Shown piece after piece: positions 27,986 through 40,968 of a stretch of DNA of 64,000 nucleotides (position 1 is the stretch's first letter; every line of letters begins with the position of its first letter). The stretch comes from an uncultured Acidobacteriota bacterium (lineage in GTDB: Bacteria > Acidobacteriota > UBA6911). The stretch is from the NCBI GenBank assembly GCA_963843575.1, contig CAWJKZ010000013.1, positions 736,001 through 800,000 of the forward strand, given 5' to 3'. The translations under genes were made by a program, and so were the position numbers. A model generated the notes under the pieces. It saw only the letters and a program-made list of their open reading frames with translations, made no database searches and had not been told where the DNA came from.

Positions 27986-28618
27986 ATGCTGCGAATCGAT
28001 GCCGGGGCGGTGACGCTTGAGGCTGCGCTCGGGGAACCGCGCGGGACAAAGCTGCGCGGAGCCGCGGTGTTGTGCCACCCCCACCCGAAGTACGGTGGGA
28101 CGATGCACAACCGCGTGGTGTATCGCGCGGGCAAGGCAGCGATGGAAGCCGGGCTGGCGGCCTTGCGCTTCAACTTCCGGGGAGTGGAAGGGAGCACCGG
28201 GGAGTATGATGAAGGAGTAGGCGAAAAAGACGACGTCACGGCGGCGCTCGACTGGCTCGAGCGGAAGTACGCCGGCCTGCCGCTCACCCTGATCGGGTTT
28301 TCCTTCGGAGCCTGGGTCGGGCTGCAGGTCGGTGCGGCCGACCCGCGGGTCCGGCTCCTGGTCGGTCTGGGGCTGCCGGTCAGCGCCTACGACTTCGGTT
28401 TCCTGGCGGGCAACCTGAAGCCGACGCTGATCGTTTGCGGCACCCGGGACGAGTTCTGCCCGAGACCGCTGATGGAGCCGCTCACCCGCAGGCTGTCCCC
28501 GTCGTCGCTTGTGACCTGGATCGATGGGGCGGACCACTTCTTCACCGCGCACATCGACGCGCTGCAGGACCGGATCGCCGGTTTTCTACGCACTCGGCAC
28601 CTGGGAGAACTGGGATGA
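27986..28618 (+). CDS. Alpha/beta hydrolase
   Basis: CHPHPKYGGTMHN, RFNFRGV, GFSFG nucleophile elbow, GTRDEF, GADHFF. Confidence 0.9.
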   Translation: MLRIDAGAVTLEAALGEPRGTKLRGAAVLCHPHPKYGGTMHNRVVYRAGKAAMEAGLAALRFNFRGVEGSTGEYDEGVGEKDDVTAALDWLERKYAGLPLTLIGFSFGAWVGLQVGAADPRVRLLVGLGLPVSAYDFGFLAGNLKPTLIVCGTRDEFCPRPLMEPLTRRLSPSSLVTWIDGADHFFTAHIDALQDRIAGFLRTRHLGELG

Positions 28619-29562
28619 GGAGCACTCTAGTCGTTGGTCTGGCCTTTGTGCTGGTGGTGCCCGTTTTGGGCCTGGCGACAGCTCCTGCGCGTTTCCAGAA
28701 GCTGACGGACCACTACCTGTACCTGCAGGGGAGCCCCGAAACCGGCAATGTCGGCGCCTTCATCTCCGACAGCGGTATCCTGCTGGTGAATCCTCCCGCG
28801 CCGAACGATTCCGCGGCCGTCCTTGAAGCGCTCAAACGTGTCAGTTCCAGGCCCGTCCGCTGGATTGTGAGCACGGATTACCGGAAGGAGAATTGGTCCG
28901 CACCCAGCCCGCTGCTCGCCCAGGGAGCGTCCGCGCTGGCGAGCCAGGCTGCCTTCGAGCGGAGTCGGTCCGACGCGGCGGGGGCACCGGTTTCGCCTCG
29001 CCCCCCCTCATCCTCCGCAGGCACCTTCGTTTTTGGCCGCCAGATGCGGTTGTACCCGGGCGGGATAGAGGTGAAGGTCTTCGCGCCGCAGGCGAAATCC
29101 CGCGCCGGCGATGTCGCGATCTTCGTCCCGGCCGAGCGGGTTCTGCAGGTCGGCGACATTTTTCTGCCGGGCTCCTTCCCATCGATTCAAGAGGACTCCG
29201 GCGAGGGGGCGGCGCTCGGCTGGATCGAGGCGCTGAAGCAAGTGGTCGATCTCGTGCCGCTCCTCAAATCGGCGATGCCTCAGCCGAAACCGGACCCGGC
29301 CAAGCCGGGGGCGGAAGAGAAGACGCTGGAAGAGTCGATTGCCGTCGTCCCGGGGCGCGGCCCGGCGTCGAACCTGCAGGAAATGAAAACGCTGTTGGAG
29401 CAGGCGCAGAAGATGCGGGCGGAGATGACCCGGGCGATCACCGCGGGACGGAGCCGCGAGAGCGCACTGGCCTCTCCTGCGCTCGCCCCCTTCCGGTCCC
29501 TCGAAAACTTCGAGACATTCGCCGCGCGGTTGTACGACGCCCTTTCTGCCGCCAAGCCCTGA
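28615..29562 (+). CDS. Exported metallo-beta-lactamase-fold-like protein lacking metal ligands
   Basis: GNVGAFISDSGILLVN, PVRWIVST, GDVAIFVPAERVLQVGDIF, VVPGRG follow the MBL framework with the histidines replaced. Confidence 0.65.
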   Translation: MRSTLVVGLAFVLVVPVLGLATAPARFQKLTDHYLYLQGSPETGNVGAFISDSGILLVNPPAPNDSAAVLEALKRVSSRPVRWIVSTDYRKENWSAPSPLLAQGASALASQAAFERSRSDAAGAPVSPRPPSSSAGTFVFGRQMRLYPGGIEVKVFAPQAKSRAGDVAIFVPAERVLQVGDIFLPGSFPSIQEDSGEGAALGWIEALKQVVDLVPLLKSAMPQPKPDPAKPGAEEKTLEESIAVVPGRGPASNLQEMKTLLEQAQKMRAEMTRAITAGRSRESALASPALAPFRSLENFETFAARLYDALSAAKP

Positions 29563-29649
29563 AGACGGCCGGCGACGACGGCCTCGAGCGACCACGGCGC
29601 CGCCCCCGGGCGTGGAAATCCGGCAGTCGTTCTGCAAGAATACGGGTAG

Positions 29650-31431
<1,782 letters not shown>

Positions 31432-31446
31432 ATGCGAACAAAACAA

Positions 31447-31542
31447 GTGGGTCCGGGCTTCAGCCCGGACGCAGTTTGCGGCAGTTATACCGTTGCTATT
31501 GAGCTCCGATCGAAACACGTCCCGGCTGAAGCCCGGACCCAC
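31447..31542. repeat. REPIN-like doublet (family A), copy 2
   Basis: Same 24-nt REP at 31447-31470; inverted copy with one mismatch at 31519-31542; 48-nt spacer. Confidence 0.85.
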
Positions 31543-31570
31543 TTGAGGAAATCGTTGAAAGGGGAGCAAA

Positions 31571-33250
31571 GTGAAAGAGGGACTGAATCGCTACAGTGCA
31601 CGTATCACCCAGCGCAAGTCACAGGCCGCCTCGCAGGCCATGCTGTACGGGACCGGCCTTACCGAAGCCGACATGGACAAGCCGCAGATCGGCATCGCGA
31701 GCATGTGGTATGAGGGGAACACCTGCAACATGCACCTCCTTGACCTGGCGGCCAAGGTGGCCGAGGGAGTGCGCGCCGCCGGCATGGTGCCGATGCGCTT
31801 CAACACCATCGGGGTCAGCGACGGCATCTCGATGGGTACGGAGGGCATGAGTTATTCCCTGCAATCGCGCGAGCTGATCGCCGACTCCATCGAAACGATG
31901 ATGGGGGCGCACTGGTATGACGCGAATGTCTCGCTCCCCGGTTGCGACAAGAACATGCCCGGGTGCCTGATCGCAATGGGACGCCTGAACCGCCCGTCAC
32001 TGATGATCTACGGCGGCACGATCCGGCCGGGACACTACGAGGGGCGCAAGCTCGACATCATCTCCGCATTCCAGGCCTATGGCGAGCACATCGCCGGGAA
32101 GCTGGATGAAACCGGCCTCAAGAAAGTGCTGCAGCACGCCTGCCCCGGTGCGGGCGCCTGTGGCGGGATGTACACCGCCAACACCATGGCTTCGGCGATC
32201 GAGGCGCTCGGCATGTCGCTCCCCTACAGCTCTTCCGTCCCCGCGACCGATCCCAAGAAGCTCGACGAGTGTGTGCGCTCGGGCGCCGCGATCCGCAACC
32301 TTCTGGAAAAGGATCTGAAGCCGCGCGACATCGTCACCCGCGCCTCCTTCGAGAACGCAATGGTCCTGGTGATGGCGCTCGGCGGGTCCACGAACGCGGT
32401 CCTGCACCTCATCGCGATCGCGCGCGCCTTCGGCATCGCGCTCACGATCGACGACTTCCAGGCCGTCAGCGACCGCGTCCCATTCCTGGCCGACCTCAAG
32501 CCGAGCGGTCCGAACGTCATGGAGGACCTGCACGACGTGGGCGGCATCCCTGCAGTAATGAAGTACCTCTTCAAGGCCGGGCTCCTCGATGGCCGCTGCC
32601 TCACCGTCACGGGAAAAACCGTGGCAGAAAACCTCGAGAGCGTTCCCGATCTCGCACCCGGACAAAACGTGATCCACCCGCTCGACCATCCGATCAAGAA
32701 GACCGGACACATCCAGATACTCAAGGGGAACCTCGCGCCCGAAGGGGCCGTCGCCAAGATCACTGGGAAGGAAGGGCTGAAGTTTTCAGGCCCGGCCCGG
32801 GTTTTCGATTCGGAGGAGCAGACCCTGGCTGCGCTGGAACGGCGCGAGGTCGGCAAGGGGTCCGTCATCGTGATCCGATATGAAGGGCCCAAGGGCGGCC
32901 CCGGAATGCCCGAGATGCTGACCGTGACCTCCGCCATCATGGGGGCCGGCCTGGGCCAGGACGTGGCGCTCCTGACCGACGGCCGATTCTCGGGCGGGAC
33001 GCACGGGTTCGTGGTCGGTCACGTGACCCCCGAAGCGCAGGACGGCGGCCCGATCGCCCTGGTCCGCGACGGCGACGTGATCACGATCGACGCGGAGCGC
33101 AACCTGCTTTCGATGGACGTGGCGGCCGACGAGCTCGAGAGACGCAGGACAGCCTGGACGGCTCCCCCTTACAAGGCCACCTCGGGGGCGCTCTACAAGT
33201 ACATCAAGACGGTCAGCCCAGCCTCGCTAGGCTGCGTCACCGACCTCTGA
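31571..33250 (+). CDS. ilvD: Dihydroxy-acid dehydratase
   Basis: [53 protein letters not shown]. Confidence 0.96.
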   Translation: MKEGLNRYSARITQRKSQAASQAMLYGTGLTEADMDKPQIGIASMWYEGNTCNMHLLDLAAKVAEGVRAAGMVPMRFNTIGVSDGISMGTEGMSYSLQSRELIADSIETMMGAHWYDANVSLPGCDKNMPGCLIAMGRLNRPSLMIYGGTIRPGHYEGRKLDIISAFQAYGEHIAGKLDETGLKKVLQHACPGAGACGGMYTANTMASAIEALGMSLPYSSSVPATDPKKLDECVRSGAAIRNLLEKDLKPRDIVTRASFENAMVLVMALGGSTNAVLHLIAIARAFGIALTIDDFQAVSDRVPFLADLKPSGPNVMEDLHDVGGIPAVMKYLFKAGLLDGRCLTVTGKTVAENLESVPDLAPGQNVIHPLDHPIKKTGHIQILKGNLAPEGAVAKITGKEGLKFSGPARVFDSEEQTLAALERREVGKGSVIVIRYEGPKGGPGMPEMLTVTSAIMGAGLGQDVALLTDGRFSGGTHGFVVGHVTPEAQDGGPIALVRDGDVITIDAERNLLSMDVAADELERRRTAWTAPPYKATSGALYKYIKTVSPASLGCVTDL

Positions 33251-33292
33251 CCTGGAGTGCCCCGAAGAATCTCCAAGCTCTCCTTCTCCACG

Positions 33293-34165
33293 TCAACCTA
33301 GTTCGGGACCTGCTATTCCCGCCACGTTGGCGGGCAGGCCGGGATGCCGGTTCAGGCCGCGGTACATCCGGGTGAGGATCCGCTGCTGCACAAAGCCTGC
33401 CGTTGAGACAATCTCCTTCGCTTCCGGGCTTGGCAACGAAATATCGACAAACACAGGTCCGCCCGGAAATCTGGCGAGGAATTCCCTAAACAACTCTGCA
33501 GCGGCACCCGTGCCGGGCACGGCAACCCACGGCCCGAGGTAGTGGGCGCGTTCTCCTGCCCTCCCCAGCATGAAGCCCGCGACCTCCGTCCCCCGGGTCA
33601 GTACGGCGGAGTAGGCCGGGCCGTCTTCCCAGATACTCGTCAGAAGCCGCGTGCGGTCCGCGCCGAAAATCTCGCGATCCCAGCCACAGACGCGCTGCAA
33701 CTCGTCCCGCGTCATCGGCTTCAGGGTGGGGCCGTTAACGGCCCGCCCATTTCCCTGCCATCGCTCGATCTGGTATTCATCGGCGAAGCCGAGTTTAAGG
33801 TAGAGTCCGTGACCCATCGGGGTGGCGTCGAGTTTCTGTGTTTCGACGGCGGAGCGCTCGAGATAGCGTATCGCATGCTTCAGCAATTCCGTACCGATCC
33901 CGCGGCCCCGCTGTTGCGGGTCCACCAGCACCATCCCGATCCAGCCCAAGCGCGTGCCATACCTGAGGGTTGTGGCGGTCCCGCACACCTCGTCGCCGGC
34001 ACACGCGACGAAACAGCCGCCGGGCTCGAGCCTGAGGAACCGGCTCCAGTCCCCTTCCTTCTGGTTCCATCCTGCCACGCGGCAAAGACGCAGGCCGGCG
34101 GGGATGTCGGCCGCTTCCATGCGGCGGATCGCGGATGGTTCGAGGTCGTTGTGCGCTGTTCGCAT
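33293..34165 (-). CDS. GNAT family N-acetyltransferase with second (YitH-like) domain
   Basis: WIGMVLVDPQQRGRGIG, LDATPMGHGLYLKLGF, FGADR. Confidence 0.88.
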   Translation of the reverse strand: MRTAHNDLEPSAIRRMEAADIPAGLRLCRVAGWNQKEGDWSRFLRLEPGGCFVACAGDEVCGTATTLRYGTRLGWIGMVLVDPQQRGRGIGTELLKHAIRYLERSAVETQKLDATPMGHGLYLKLGFADEYQIERWQGNGRAVNGPTLKPMTRDELQRVCGWDREIFGADRTRLLTSIWEDGPAYSAVLTRGTEVAGFMLGRAGERAHYLGPWVAVPGTGAAAELFREFLARFPGGPVFVDISLPSPEAKEIVSTAGFVQQRILTRMYRGLNRHPGLPANVAGIAGPELG

Positions 34166-34187
34166 GCGGCCCTCCTCGTGCGTCAGG

Positions 34188-35513
34188 TCAGATGGTGCGG
34201 ACTATTTCGTTGTTGCCCCCCTCGCGGTTCCGCACAAAAATGAGCACCAGCACGGCCCCGATCAGCGGGATGAGGCTTGCCGCGAAGAGGATTGGCTCGA
34301 ACGAATACCGGTCCGACACATACCCCACGATGTAAGTCGACAGGATGGTGCCGATGCCGGCTCCCGTCCCGCACATGCCGCTCACGGTGGCGACCGATCC
34401 GCTCGCGAAGAGGTCCGAGGGGAGCACCAGAGCCATGGTCGAGGCGGAGGCGTAGGCAAATGTCGCGATCCCGAAGAGTCCCGCCAGCGCATAGATGTTG
34501 GACGTGTAAATAGTCAGGCTCAGGAGCGCGACGCCGGTGCAACCGCAGACGAACACGGTCTTGCGCGCCCGCCCGACGGACCAGCCGCGCCGGATCAGCC
34601 AGCTCGAAACGCCTCCCCCGAAGAAGTTCCCCAGGTCGGCGGCGATGAAGGGGATCCAGAAGGCCAGCAGCCCCTCTTCGAGCTTCACGCCTTTCGCGAC
34701 CAGGTAGATCGCAAACCAGTCGGCAATAAAAAACCAGACCGGATCGGTGAGGGAGCGGGCGAAGATGGTTCCCCAGGTCTGCGGCAGCCGGAGCAGATCC
34801 CACCAGCCCACCTTCTGCACGGTGCCCCCTTCCATCGCGTGCGCAGCCTTCTCGGCCATGAGCATGGAGCGTTCGGCCTCGCCGAGTCTCGGGTGCTGTT
34901 CGGGCGGGTAATAGACCATGCGCCAGGCGAGCAGCCAGAGGAACCCCAGCAGCCCCACGAGAACGAAAGCCGGACGCCAGCCGCCGAACGTCCGGTACAG
35001 GAAGAGGACGAGGAACGGAGCGATCGCGCCGCCGATGGAGGAGCCGCTGTCGAAGAGGGCAACGGCCCAGCCGCGTTCCTTCTTGGGGAACCACTCGGCG
35101 ACGGCCTTGGTCGCCGCGGGCCAGTTCGCCGACTCTCCGGCGCCGAGCAGAAAGCGGAAGAAACAGAAGCTGCGCAAGCCGGTTGCCATCGACGTGACCA
35201 TCGAGGCGATCGAGTACCAGATCACGGTAATCGTCAAGCCGCGCCTCGTGCCTACCCTGTCCATGATTCTCCCTGCGAGGGTCTGGCCGATGGCGTACGC
35301 GAGGCGGAACGAGATGACCACGAGGGCAAAGTCCTCGTTCGTCCACTTGTAGTCACGCTTGAGGTAGGGGGCGAGCACCGACAGGGTTTGCCGGTCGAGG
35401 TAGTTGATGACGGTGGAGGCGAAGAGCAGCCCGCCGATCCACCAGCGCAAGGCAGGGATAGGCCGGCGCCGCTGCTGTCCAGGGTACAAATCGTTATCGC
35501 TCTTAGGCTCCAT
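34188..35513 (-). CDS. MFS sugar-acid transporter (ExuT/ACS family)
   Basis: [45 protein letters not shown]. Confidence 0.9.
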   Translation of the reverse strand: MEPKSDNDLYPGQQRRRPIPALRWWIGGLLFASTVINYLDRQTLSVLAPYLKRDYKWTNEDFALVVISFRLAYAIGQTLAGRIMDRVGTRRGLTITVIWYSIASMVTSMATGLRSFCFFRFLLGAGESANWPAATKAVAEWFPKKERGWAVALFDSGSSIGGAIAPFLVLFLYRTFGGWRPAFVLVGLLGFLWLLAWRMVYYPPEQHPRLGEAERSMLMAEKAAHAMEGGTVQKVGWWDLLRLPQTWGTIFARSLTDPVWFFIADWFAIYLVAKGVKLEEGLLAFWIPFIAADLGNFFGGGVSSWLIRRGWSVGRARKTVFVCGCTGVALLSLTIYTSNIYALAGLFGIATFAYASASTMALVLPSDLFASGSVATVSGMCGTGAGIGTILSTYIVGYVSDRYSFEPILFAASLIPLIGAVLVLIFVRNREGGNNEIVRTI

Positions 35514-35535
35514 TTGTCCCCACACGTTCTCGGTT

Positions 35536-36489
35536 TTAATCGGGTTTTGGCTCGGTCAACTCGCGTATGTACGCTTCGCAAAGCGCCACGTCGGCCAGGG
35601 TCTTGATCCCCTGCACTTCCCTGGGGTCGGCGATCGGGGAGGCGAGGACGCGCCCGGGCTCGGCCGCGAGCCGGGTGATCAGCTCATTCGGGAAGCCCAG
35701 CTCTCCGCCCGGCCGGTCGTAGCGGTGCTCGGTTTCCCGCCAAAAGAGCGTCCTGAGTTCCGACAGCACCCGGAACATCGTGCGGTTCCAGAGGACGAAC
35801 ACTCCGATGTTGGTTTCCGCGAAGTCCGTGTTCGGGGCCTGCTCCAGGTGGCTTTCGCGCGACGCGGCGACGCGGCCGCAGCGGTCGCGCATCAGGGGGG
35901 CGTACGGGCGGTCAACCGCTACGGTGGGCAGCACCATGTCGTAGTCCGGGAAAATGGCCGCCACCCTCAGGATGCGCCGCACCGTCGCGGCCTGAATCAC
36001 GGGCTGCGCTCCCCAGACCACAAGCGTGCGCCCGTCGAAATCCTTCATGGTTTCGCAGGCGCACAGCACGGCATCCCCGGTTCCCAAGGGGCGAGACTGG
36101 AGCACGAACGTCGCGCCCGTCCCGGCCAGCTCGGTCTGCAGCAGTTGCTCGGTTTCCGGCGAGACGACCACGACCGGAGGACGCATCCTGAAGGGCAGCC
36201 CGGTAAGCGTCCCGTATACGCGGGCCGTCGCCGTGATCCCGCCGACGGACGCCAGCGGTTTTGGGACACTGAGCCCGCTCGCGCGCGCCCTGGCCCCCTT
36301 GCCCGCGGCGACGATCACCGGCCAGATCTCGGGGGACAACCCGTCGAGGTCGACGTCGTCGAGGAGCCGGCAGACGCCGTAGGCCAGCCGCGCCGAGTCC
36401 CGCCACATCGTCCCGAGGTTCTCGACGGCCGTCCGGGCCAGCGTTCTGGGGTCCAGGGCCGCAAGACCGTCTCCCGGGGTGGAGCTCAT
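35536..36489 (-). CDS. GlmU-like nucleotidyltransferase domain (no acetyltransferase domain); probably the C-terminal half of a kinase fusion
   Basis: IVAAGKGAR...[29 protein letters not shown]; no hexapeptide repeats. Confidence 0.8.
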   Translation of the reverse strand: MSSTPGDGLAALDPRTLARTAVENLGTMWRDSARLAYGVCRLLDDVDLDGLSPEIWPVIVAAGKGARARASGLSVPKPLASVGGITATARVYGTLTGLPFRMRPPVVVVSPETEQLLQTELAGTGATFVLQSRPLGTGDAVLCACETMKDFDGRTLVVWGAQPVIQAATVRRILRVAAIFPDYDMVLPTVAVDRPYAPLMRDRCGRVAASRESHLEQAPNTDFAETNIGVFVLWNRTMFRVLSELRTLFWRETEHRYDRPGGELGFPNELITRLAAEPGRVLASPIADPREVQGIKTLADVALCEAYIRELTEPKPD

Positions 36490-36499
36490 GACCGAGTGT

Positions 36500-37994
36500 T
36501 CAGTCCCGGCGATCGGGCGGCCGGGTCGCGTAGTACAGTTTCTGCACCCTGTCCACGATCCCGGCCGCGTGTTCGGCCGTGGTCAGGGCGAGCACGTTCC
36601 CGCCGAAGCCGCCGCCCATGAGGCGGGCGCCGAAGACATTCCGGTCGGAGACCACGATGTCCCTGAGGCGTTCTACCTCCGGCGTGCTGACGCCGTACAG
36701 GTCGCGCAGGCTTTCGTGCGAGGCGTTGAGCAACATCCCCAGCTGCGCAAGGAGTTCGCGGGGCTCCACCGGAGAACCGGCGGCGGCCGAGCGGAAACCG
36801 AGCACCGCTGCGGCGACGCGGCGCACCTCGCCGACGTGGTGCAGGGCGCGTTCGCGGATCCTCAGCGGCCGCTCCCCGCGGTCGCGCACCAGTGCCGGGA
36901 AGGCGAGCCGGCACTCGGCCAGCGCGTTGGGGTGATGCCCTTCCAGTTCGGCCAGCGAGAGGGATTCCGGCAGATGCCGCACCAGTCCCTCCAGCTCGTC
37001 CAGCGCAGCGACGGCACCGCCGCGAGCCGCTTCGGCCGCGGCGTGCCAGGCAGCGAACCGATCCCGGTCACGCGTCCGCCACCCCTCGATCAGCGCCGGG
37101 ATCACGATGCGCGACACGGCGGCGCGCTCGTTGTACTCGAGCATGACCTCGCGCCCCTTGTCGGCCGAGTGCGAAAAAAACGTCAGCCACCGAATCCCCG
37201 GGAGCGTCATCGGGACGCGATCGACCCGGTCATCCGCGTAGGAGATGTGAACCGCCTGCATCCTGCGGGCGAGGCAGATCGTGACGTGATCCATAGACCC
37301 GCCGCGGGTGCCGACGAACCACTCCGCGCGGGCGGAATGACGGGCCAGCTGGGCGGGCTCGCAGGCGATGCCGTTGGCGTCCCGCACGGCGGCGCCGGCG
37401 AGCACGGTCAGGGCGGAAGACGAGGAGGCGCCACCGGCGGCGGGAATGGTCGAGTCCACGACGAAATCGAAACCGCGCCGGAGCCTCTCGCCGTAGTGCA
37501 GGCGGGCGTAGAAGGCCGCCCCCTTCACGTAGTTCCCCCAGTGCGGGGACCGGGGCCGCACTGCCGTACACGTACGACTCCCACGTGCCGGACGTGGGGC
37601 CCTGCTGCAGATCGAACTCGACGGGGTCCGCAGCCCCCGAGGGTGGTGGTGCCCCGGACGTGGCTGTCCTCGCGCGGCCTGAAGAACACGATCATGTCGT
37701 GCTCGCCGCTGCCTACCGTCAGCGACGCGGTCGCCAGGTAGGAAACGTAGTCGATGTGTTCCCCCAGCAGGTTGATGCGCGCCGGGGCGCGCATCACGGA
37801 GACGGGACCGTCCCCGTAGGCCTCCAGGAACCTGGCGCAATGGGGCACCAGGCGGTCGAGCTTCGTACGCCACAGTTCGCCGTCGGCGCACTCCAGCGGA
37901 AGCGGCGGTCCAGGGGCGAAACCGGCAGGGCCGGTGGCTCGGATCCGGCCGTCTGCAGGTCGCGGAGGTATCGCTGTAACTCGGAGACAATCAT
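36500..37994 (-). CDS. Galactokinase/GalNAc-kinase-like GHMP sugar kinase; frame breaks near 37952, 37623 and 37548
   Basis: RAPARINLLGEHIDY, HWGNYVKG, IPAAGGASSSSA, GGSMDH, SHESLRDLYGVSTPE and GARLMGGGFGG are spread across the three minus-strand frames. Confidence 0.85.
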
Positions 37995-38061
37995 AAGCAG
38001 TCGATGTGGGAATGGGCCTTATCGGCTCGACGCGACCCGCGGATGTTGCCCGCCCCGCGCT

Positions 38062-40350
38062 TCATCGGCGTTGGGCCGGTCCGGCCCAGCTCAGTTCGGG
38101 AGTGGCGATGTCCTCCGGCGCGCCGGGGTCGCCCGACGCGGGCCCGTACCACACGCTGCCGCCGTACGTGGTGATGTACACCTGTTGGGATTTGAGCGGA
38201 TCGGGGATGACCCGGTGGCCCCACTTGAAATTGTATCCCCGCAGGCGCGACCAGGTCGCTCCGCGGTCCGCCGAGCGCCAGGCCGACGATTCGAATCCGC
38301 AGGCGTACACGAGGCCGGGCTTCCGCGGGTCCAGGGTGACGTCATAGACGTGCTGGTCGTCGGACAGCGAGCTGCGCCACGTCGCACCGCGGTCGGTGGA
38401 GACGAATACGCCGCCGCCCGACAACCGCGTCGGCAGCCGGCGGCCCCACGCGGCGAGATACAGGCGGCTCGAATCGGCGGGATCGATGGCCAGGCCGTTC
38501 GGTGCGTTGACCCCTTCGGGCAGCCCGACCCTGGTCCAGCTCTCGGCGCCGTCTTCCGAGCGGTAGAGCGCCCCGTCCACGGCTGTCCCGATGCTCCCGT
38601 CCTCACTTCGGCGCGCGACCAGGAGATAGAGGGTTCGCCGGGCGTCCTGCGCGAGCCGCCAGGCAAAGGGCTCCGTGCCCTCGATCCCCGTGTTTTTCAG
38701 GGTCCAACTCCTGCCGCCGTCGATCGATTTGAACACGCCCCGCCCGAACGCCGCCGCGTAAAGCACCCGGGCATCGGCCGGGCTGCGCGGGTCGAGCAGG
38801 ATGTGGGTCACCGCCGACTCGGGCATCCCGTCGCTCGACTTCTGCCAGGTGCGCCCGGAATCATGGCTGATGCAGACGCCGCCGTTGTAGGTGGCCGGCG
38901 ATCTCCCGCGCCACATCTTCGGACGCGGCAGGTCGTGGACGCCGCTCATCACCCCCCAGACCCGGCCGCGCACCTGCGGGTCGAATTCAACCCAGTAGGT
39001 CGTGTTCACCCAGGGGTCGGGGACACCGGAGGTGGAACTAATCCAGCTCCGCCCGCCGTTCTCGCTCCGGAACAGGCCTATATCGGTGTACGTAATGAAG
39101 AGCCGGTTTTTGTCAAACGGGTCGAAGTGAACCCCGTAGCAGGTGGTTACGTCGAGACCGCGGCTCGTGCTGCTGCCGTCCGGCAGCCGCGTCGAGTACA
39201 CCGCCTTCCAGGTATTGCCGCCGTCGGTGGTCCGCATCGTGCGCCCGTAATCCGTGCCGTAGCAAAGGTCGGGGTCCTTCGGCGCGACTCCGAGACCAAG
39301 GGGATTCTCCCCCCACCCGGGGCCGAAACGCTCGGTGACCCAGGCGTCTTTAATGTTGGGAGCGGCGACTCTGGATTCCTTCCAGAGCAGCTCCCAACTC
39401 CGGCCGAAGTTCGTCGTCTTGCCCACCCCGAAAAACGTTTCGGCACCTTCCCGGAGCCTGCCGTAGGAGACATACGCGACGTTCGGGAAGTGGAGACTCG
39501 TCGCCACTGCCTGGAACTGGGCCGGCGCTTGCGCGATCGACGACTGCACCCAACCCACTCCACCGTCCACGGAAACGAAGAGGCCCTGCTTCGCGATCGC
39601 ATAAACCACCAGCCTGCCGCCTTCGGCGGGGAACCCGGCCGACGAGTCCGTAAACGTGGTCACGCCCTCGGGCGGCGGGCCCTGCTTCCACTCCCCGTTT
39701 TCCCTCACCCCGACACTGTTGAGGCCGACGACGTAGATCGTGCGGTTCTGCCTCGGCGACTGTGGATCCACGTAAACGCGGCTTCCCCCGGCAAGCGCCG
39801 CGGTCTTCCGCCACGTGTGGCCGCGGTCGCCGGACTCCTGCAACGTGAAGCTCCTGTCCTGCTGGACGGCCGCGAACAGCGTGGCGGAATCTGCTGGATC
39901 GACGGCCAGGGCCGTTATCGAACCGGCCGGCTCCCCCCTGCTCATTATTCTCTCGCCCGCGTGGTCGTCCGACATCTCGACACCTTGGAAGGAGGAGGGG
40001 TCCGGGTGCACCAGGTGCCAGGAACTGCCTCCGTCGCCGGAGCGCCACAACCCCGTGGACTTTGCGTAGATCACGTTCGGGTCCACAGGGTCGAAAACGA
40101 AGTAGTGTGAGCGGCCGCGCAGGTTGAACATGCGCCAGGACGCACCCGCGTCCTTGGTCAAGTACGACCCGGTCATGTCGCAGGCCACCAGCACTTCGTT
40201 CGGGTCGTGGGGGCTGACGGTGGGGAGGAACTGGGCGCCCCCGCCGCCCGGACCGATGATCCGCCAGCGGTCCAGCCGGGAGGAGGCGGTTTGAGCCAAC
40301 GCGAACGACACAACGGCAAAGACCACGAGTACTCGGCTGGCTAGGCGCAT
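38062..40350 (-). CDS. Secreted BNR/Asp-box beta-propeller glycoside hydrolase (GH74-like)
   Basis: Signal peptide MRLASRVLVVFAVVSFALA; many SxDxGxxW boxes; GPGGGG...CDMTGSY and YTDIGLF motifs. Confidence 0.8.
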   Translation of the reverse strand: MRLASRVLVVFAVVSFALAQTASSRLDRWRIIGPGGGGAQFLPTVSPHDPNEVLVACDMTGSYLTKDAGASWRMFNLRGRSHYFVFDPVDPNVIYAKSTGLWRSGDGGSSWHLVHPDPSSFQGVEMSDDHAGERIMSRGEPAGSITALAVDPADSATLFAAVQQDRSFTLQESGDRGHTWRKTAALAGGSRVYVDPQSPRQNRTIYVVGLNSVGVRENGEWKQGPPPEGVTTFTDSSAGFPAEGGRLVVYAIAKQGLFVSVDGGVGWVQSSIAQAPAQFQAVATSLHFPNVAYVSYGRLREGAETFFGVGKTTNFGRSWELLWKESRVAAPNIKDAWVTERFGPGWGENPLGLGVAPKDPDLCYGTDYGRTMRTTDGGNTWKAVYSTRLPDGSSTSRGLDVTTCYGVHFDPFDKNRLFITYTDIGLFRSENGGRSWISSTSGVPDPWVNTTYWVEFDPQVRGRVWGVMSGVHDLPRPKMWRGRSPATYNGGVCISHDSGRTWQKSSDGMPESAVTHILLDPRSPADARVLYAAAFGRGVFKSIDGGRSWTLKNTGIEGTEPFAWRLAQDARRTLYLLVARRSEDGSIGTAVDGALYRSEDGAESWTRVGLPEGVNAPNGLAIDPADSSRLYLAAWGRRLPTRLSGGGVFVSTDRGATWRSSLSDDQHVYDVTLDPRKPGLVYACGFESSAWRSADRGATWSRLRGYNFKWGHRVIPDPLKSQQVYITTYGGSVWYGPASGDPGAPEDIATPELSWAGPAQRR

Positions 40351-40628
40351 GGGAACCGGTTGATCCTTGATTGGGTTTAAGTTACGCTCGGCACGACCGC
40401 GTCTATTATCAGCCAGACTGCAGGTGTGTTTCAACCGAACTCCTGGGCAGCACGTGTGGCGCCGCGGAAGGGGAGCGCGTTTGAAGGTCGCCGCCGGCAC
40501 CGAATCCCTCGTTATTGCCCTTTTCGGTTCGAGGTACTATGTCCCGGGAGCCCCGGCACGCGCTGCGGGGAAAGTGGGGCGAACGGGTCCGCAGCCCGCT
40601 CTGCGGCCGCGATTGGGGCGAGGTGGAC

Positions 40629-40943
40629 ATGGCATACGTACTGAGGTTCGTGCAGAGATACCGTCCCGAGGGCCGGGATGAGTTCATGCGGCTCGAGGCG
40701 CTTTTCGCCGCGCTCGAGCGAAGCCACCCCCAATTCCCCCGCGGCCGCAGGAGCCAGCCCTATGCGGGCAGAGAACCGGGCAACACCCTCGTCTGGGATT
40801 GCCCGTTCGACACGATCGAGCAGCTGAATCACGCCCTGGAGGTCCTCGCGGCTTCGGCGGAGCACGGCGAGCTGTACCGGCAGCAGGTACCGTACATGAC
40901 CGACGCCTACACCGAGATCTACGAGGTGCTCGACTTGAAGTGA
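40629..40943 (+). CDS. Small NIPSNAP/dimeric alpha-beta-barrel-like protein
   Basis: GAGGTGG RBS; pattern ...NTLVWDCPFDTIEQL...YTEIYEVL; first gene of the divergent operon. Confidence 0.6.
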   Translation: MAYVLRFVQRYRPEGRDEFMRLEALFAALERSHPQFPRGRRSQPYAGREPGNTLVWDCPFDTIEQLNHALEVLAASAEHGELYRQQVPYMTDAYTEIYEVLDLK

Positions 40944-40968
40944 TCCCCCTACACCCCGGGAGTGTCGC

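Noticed and set aside
37585-40110. Long antisense or alternate-frame ORFs (e.g. 841 aa here, 755 aa at 53299, 701 aa at 58031, 598 aa at 55221)
   Set aside because: Shadow ORFs expected at high GC; Arg/Pro/Gly-rich with no motifs, and they overlap well-supported genes.
38062-40350. Asp-box repeats as a DNA repeat element
   Set aside because: They are protein-level propeller repeats with no nucleotide-level array.
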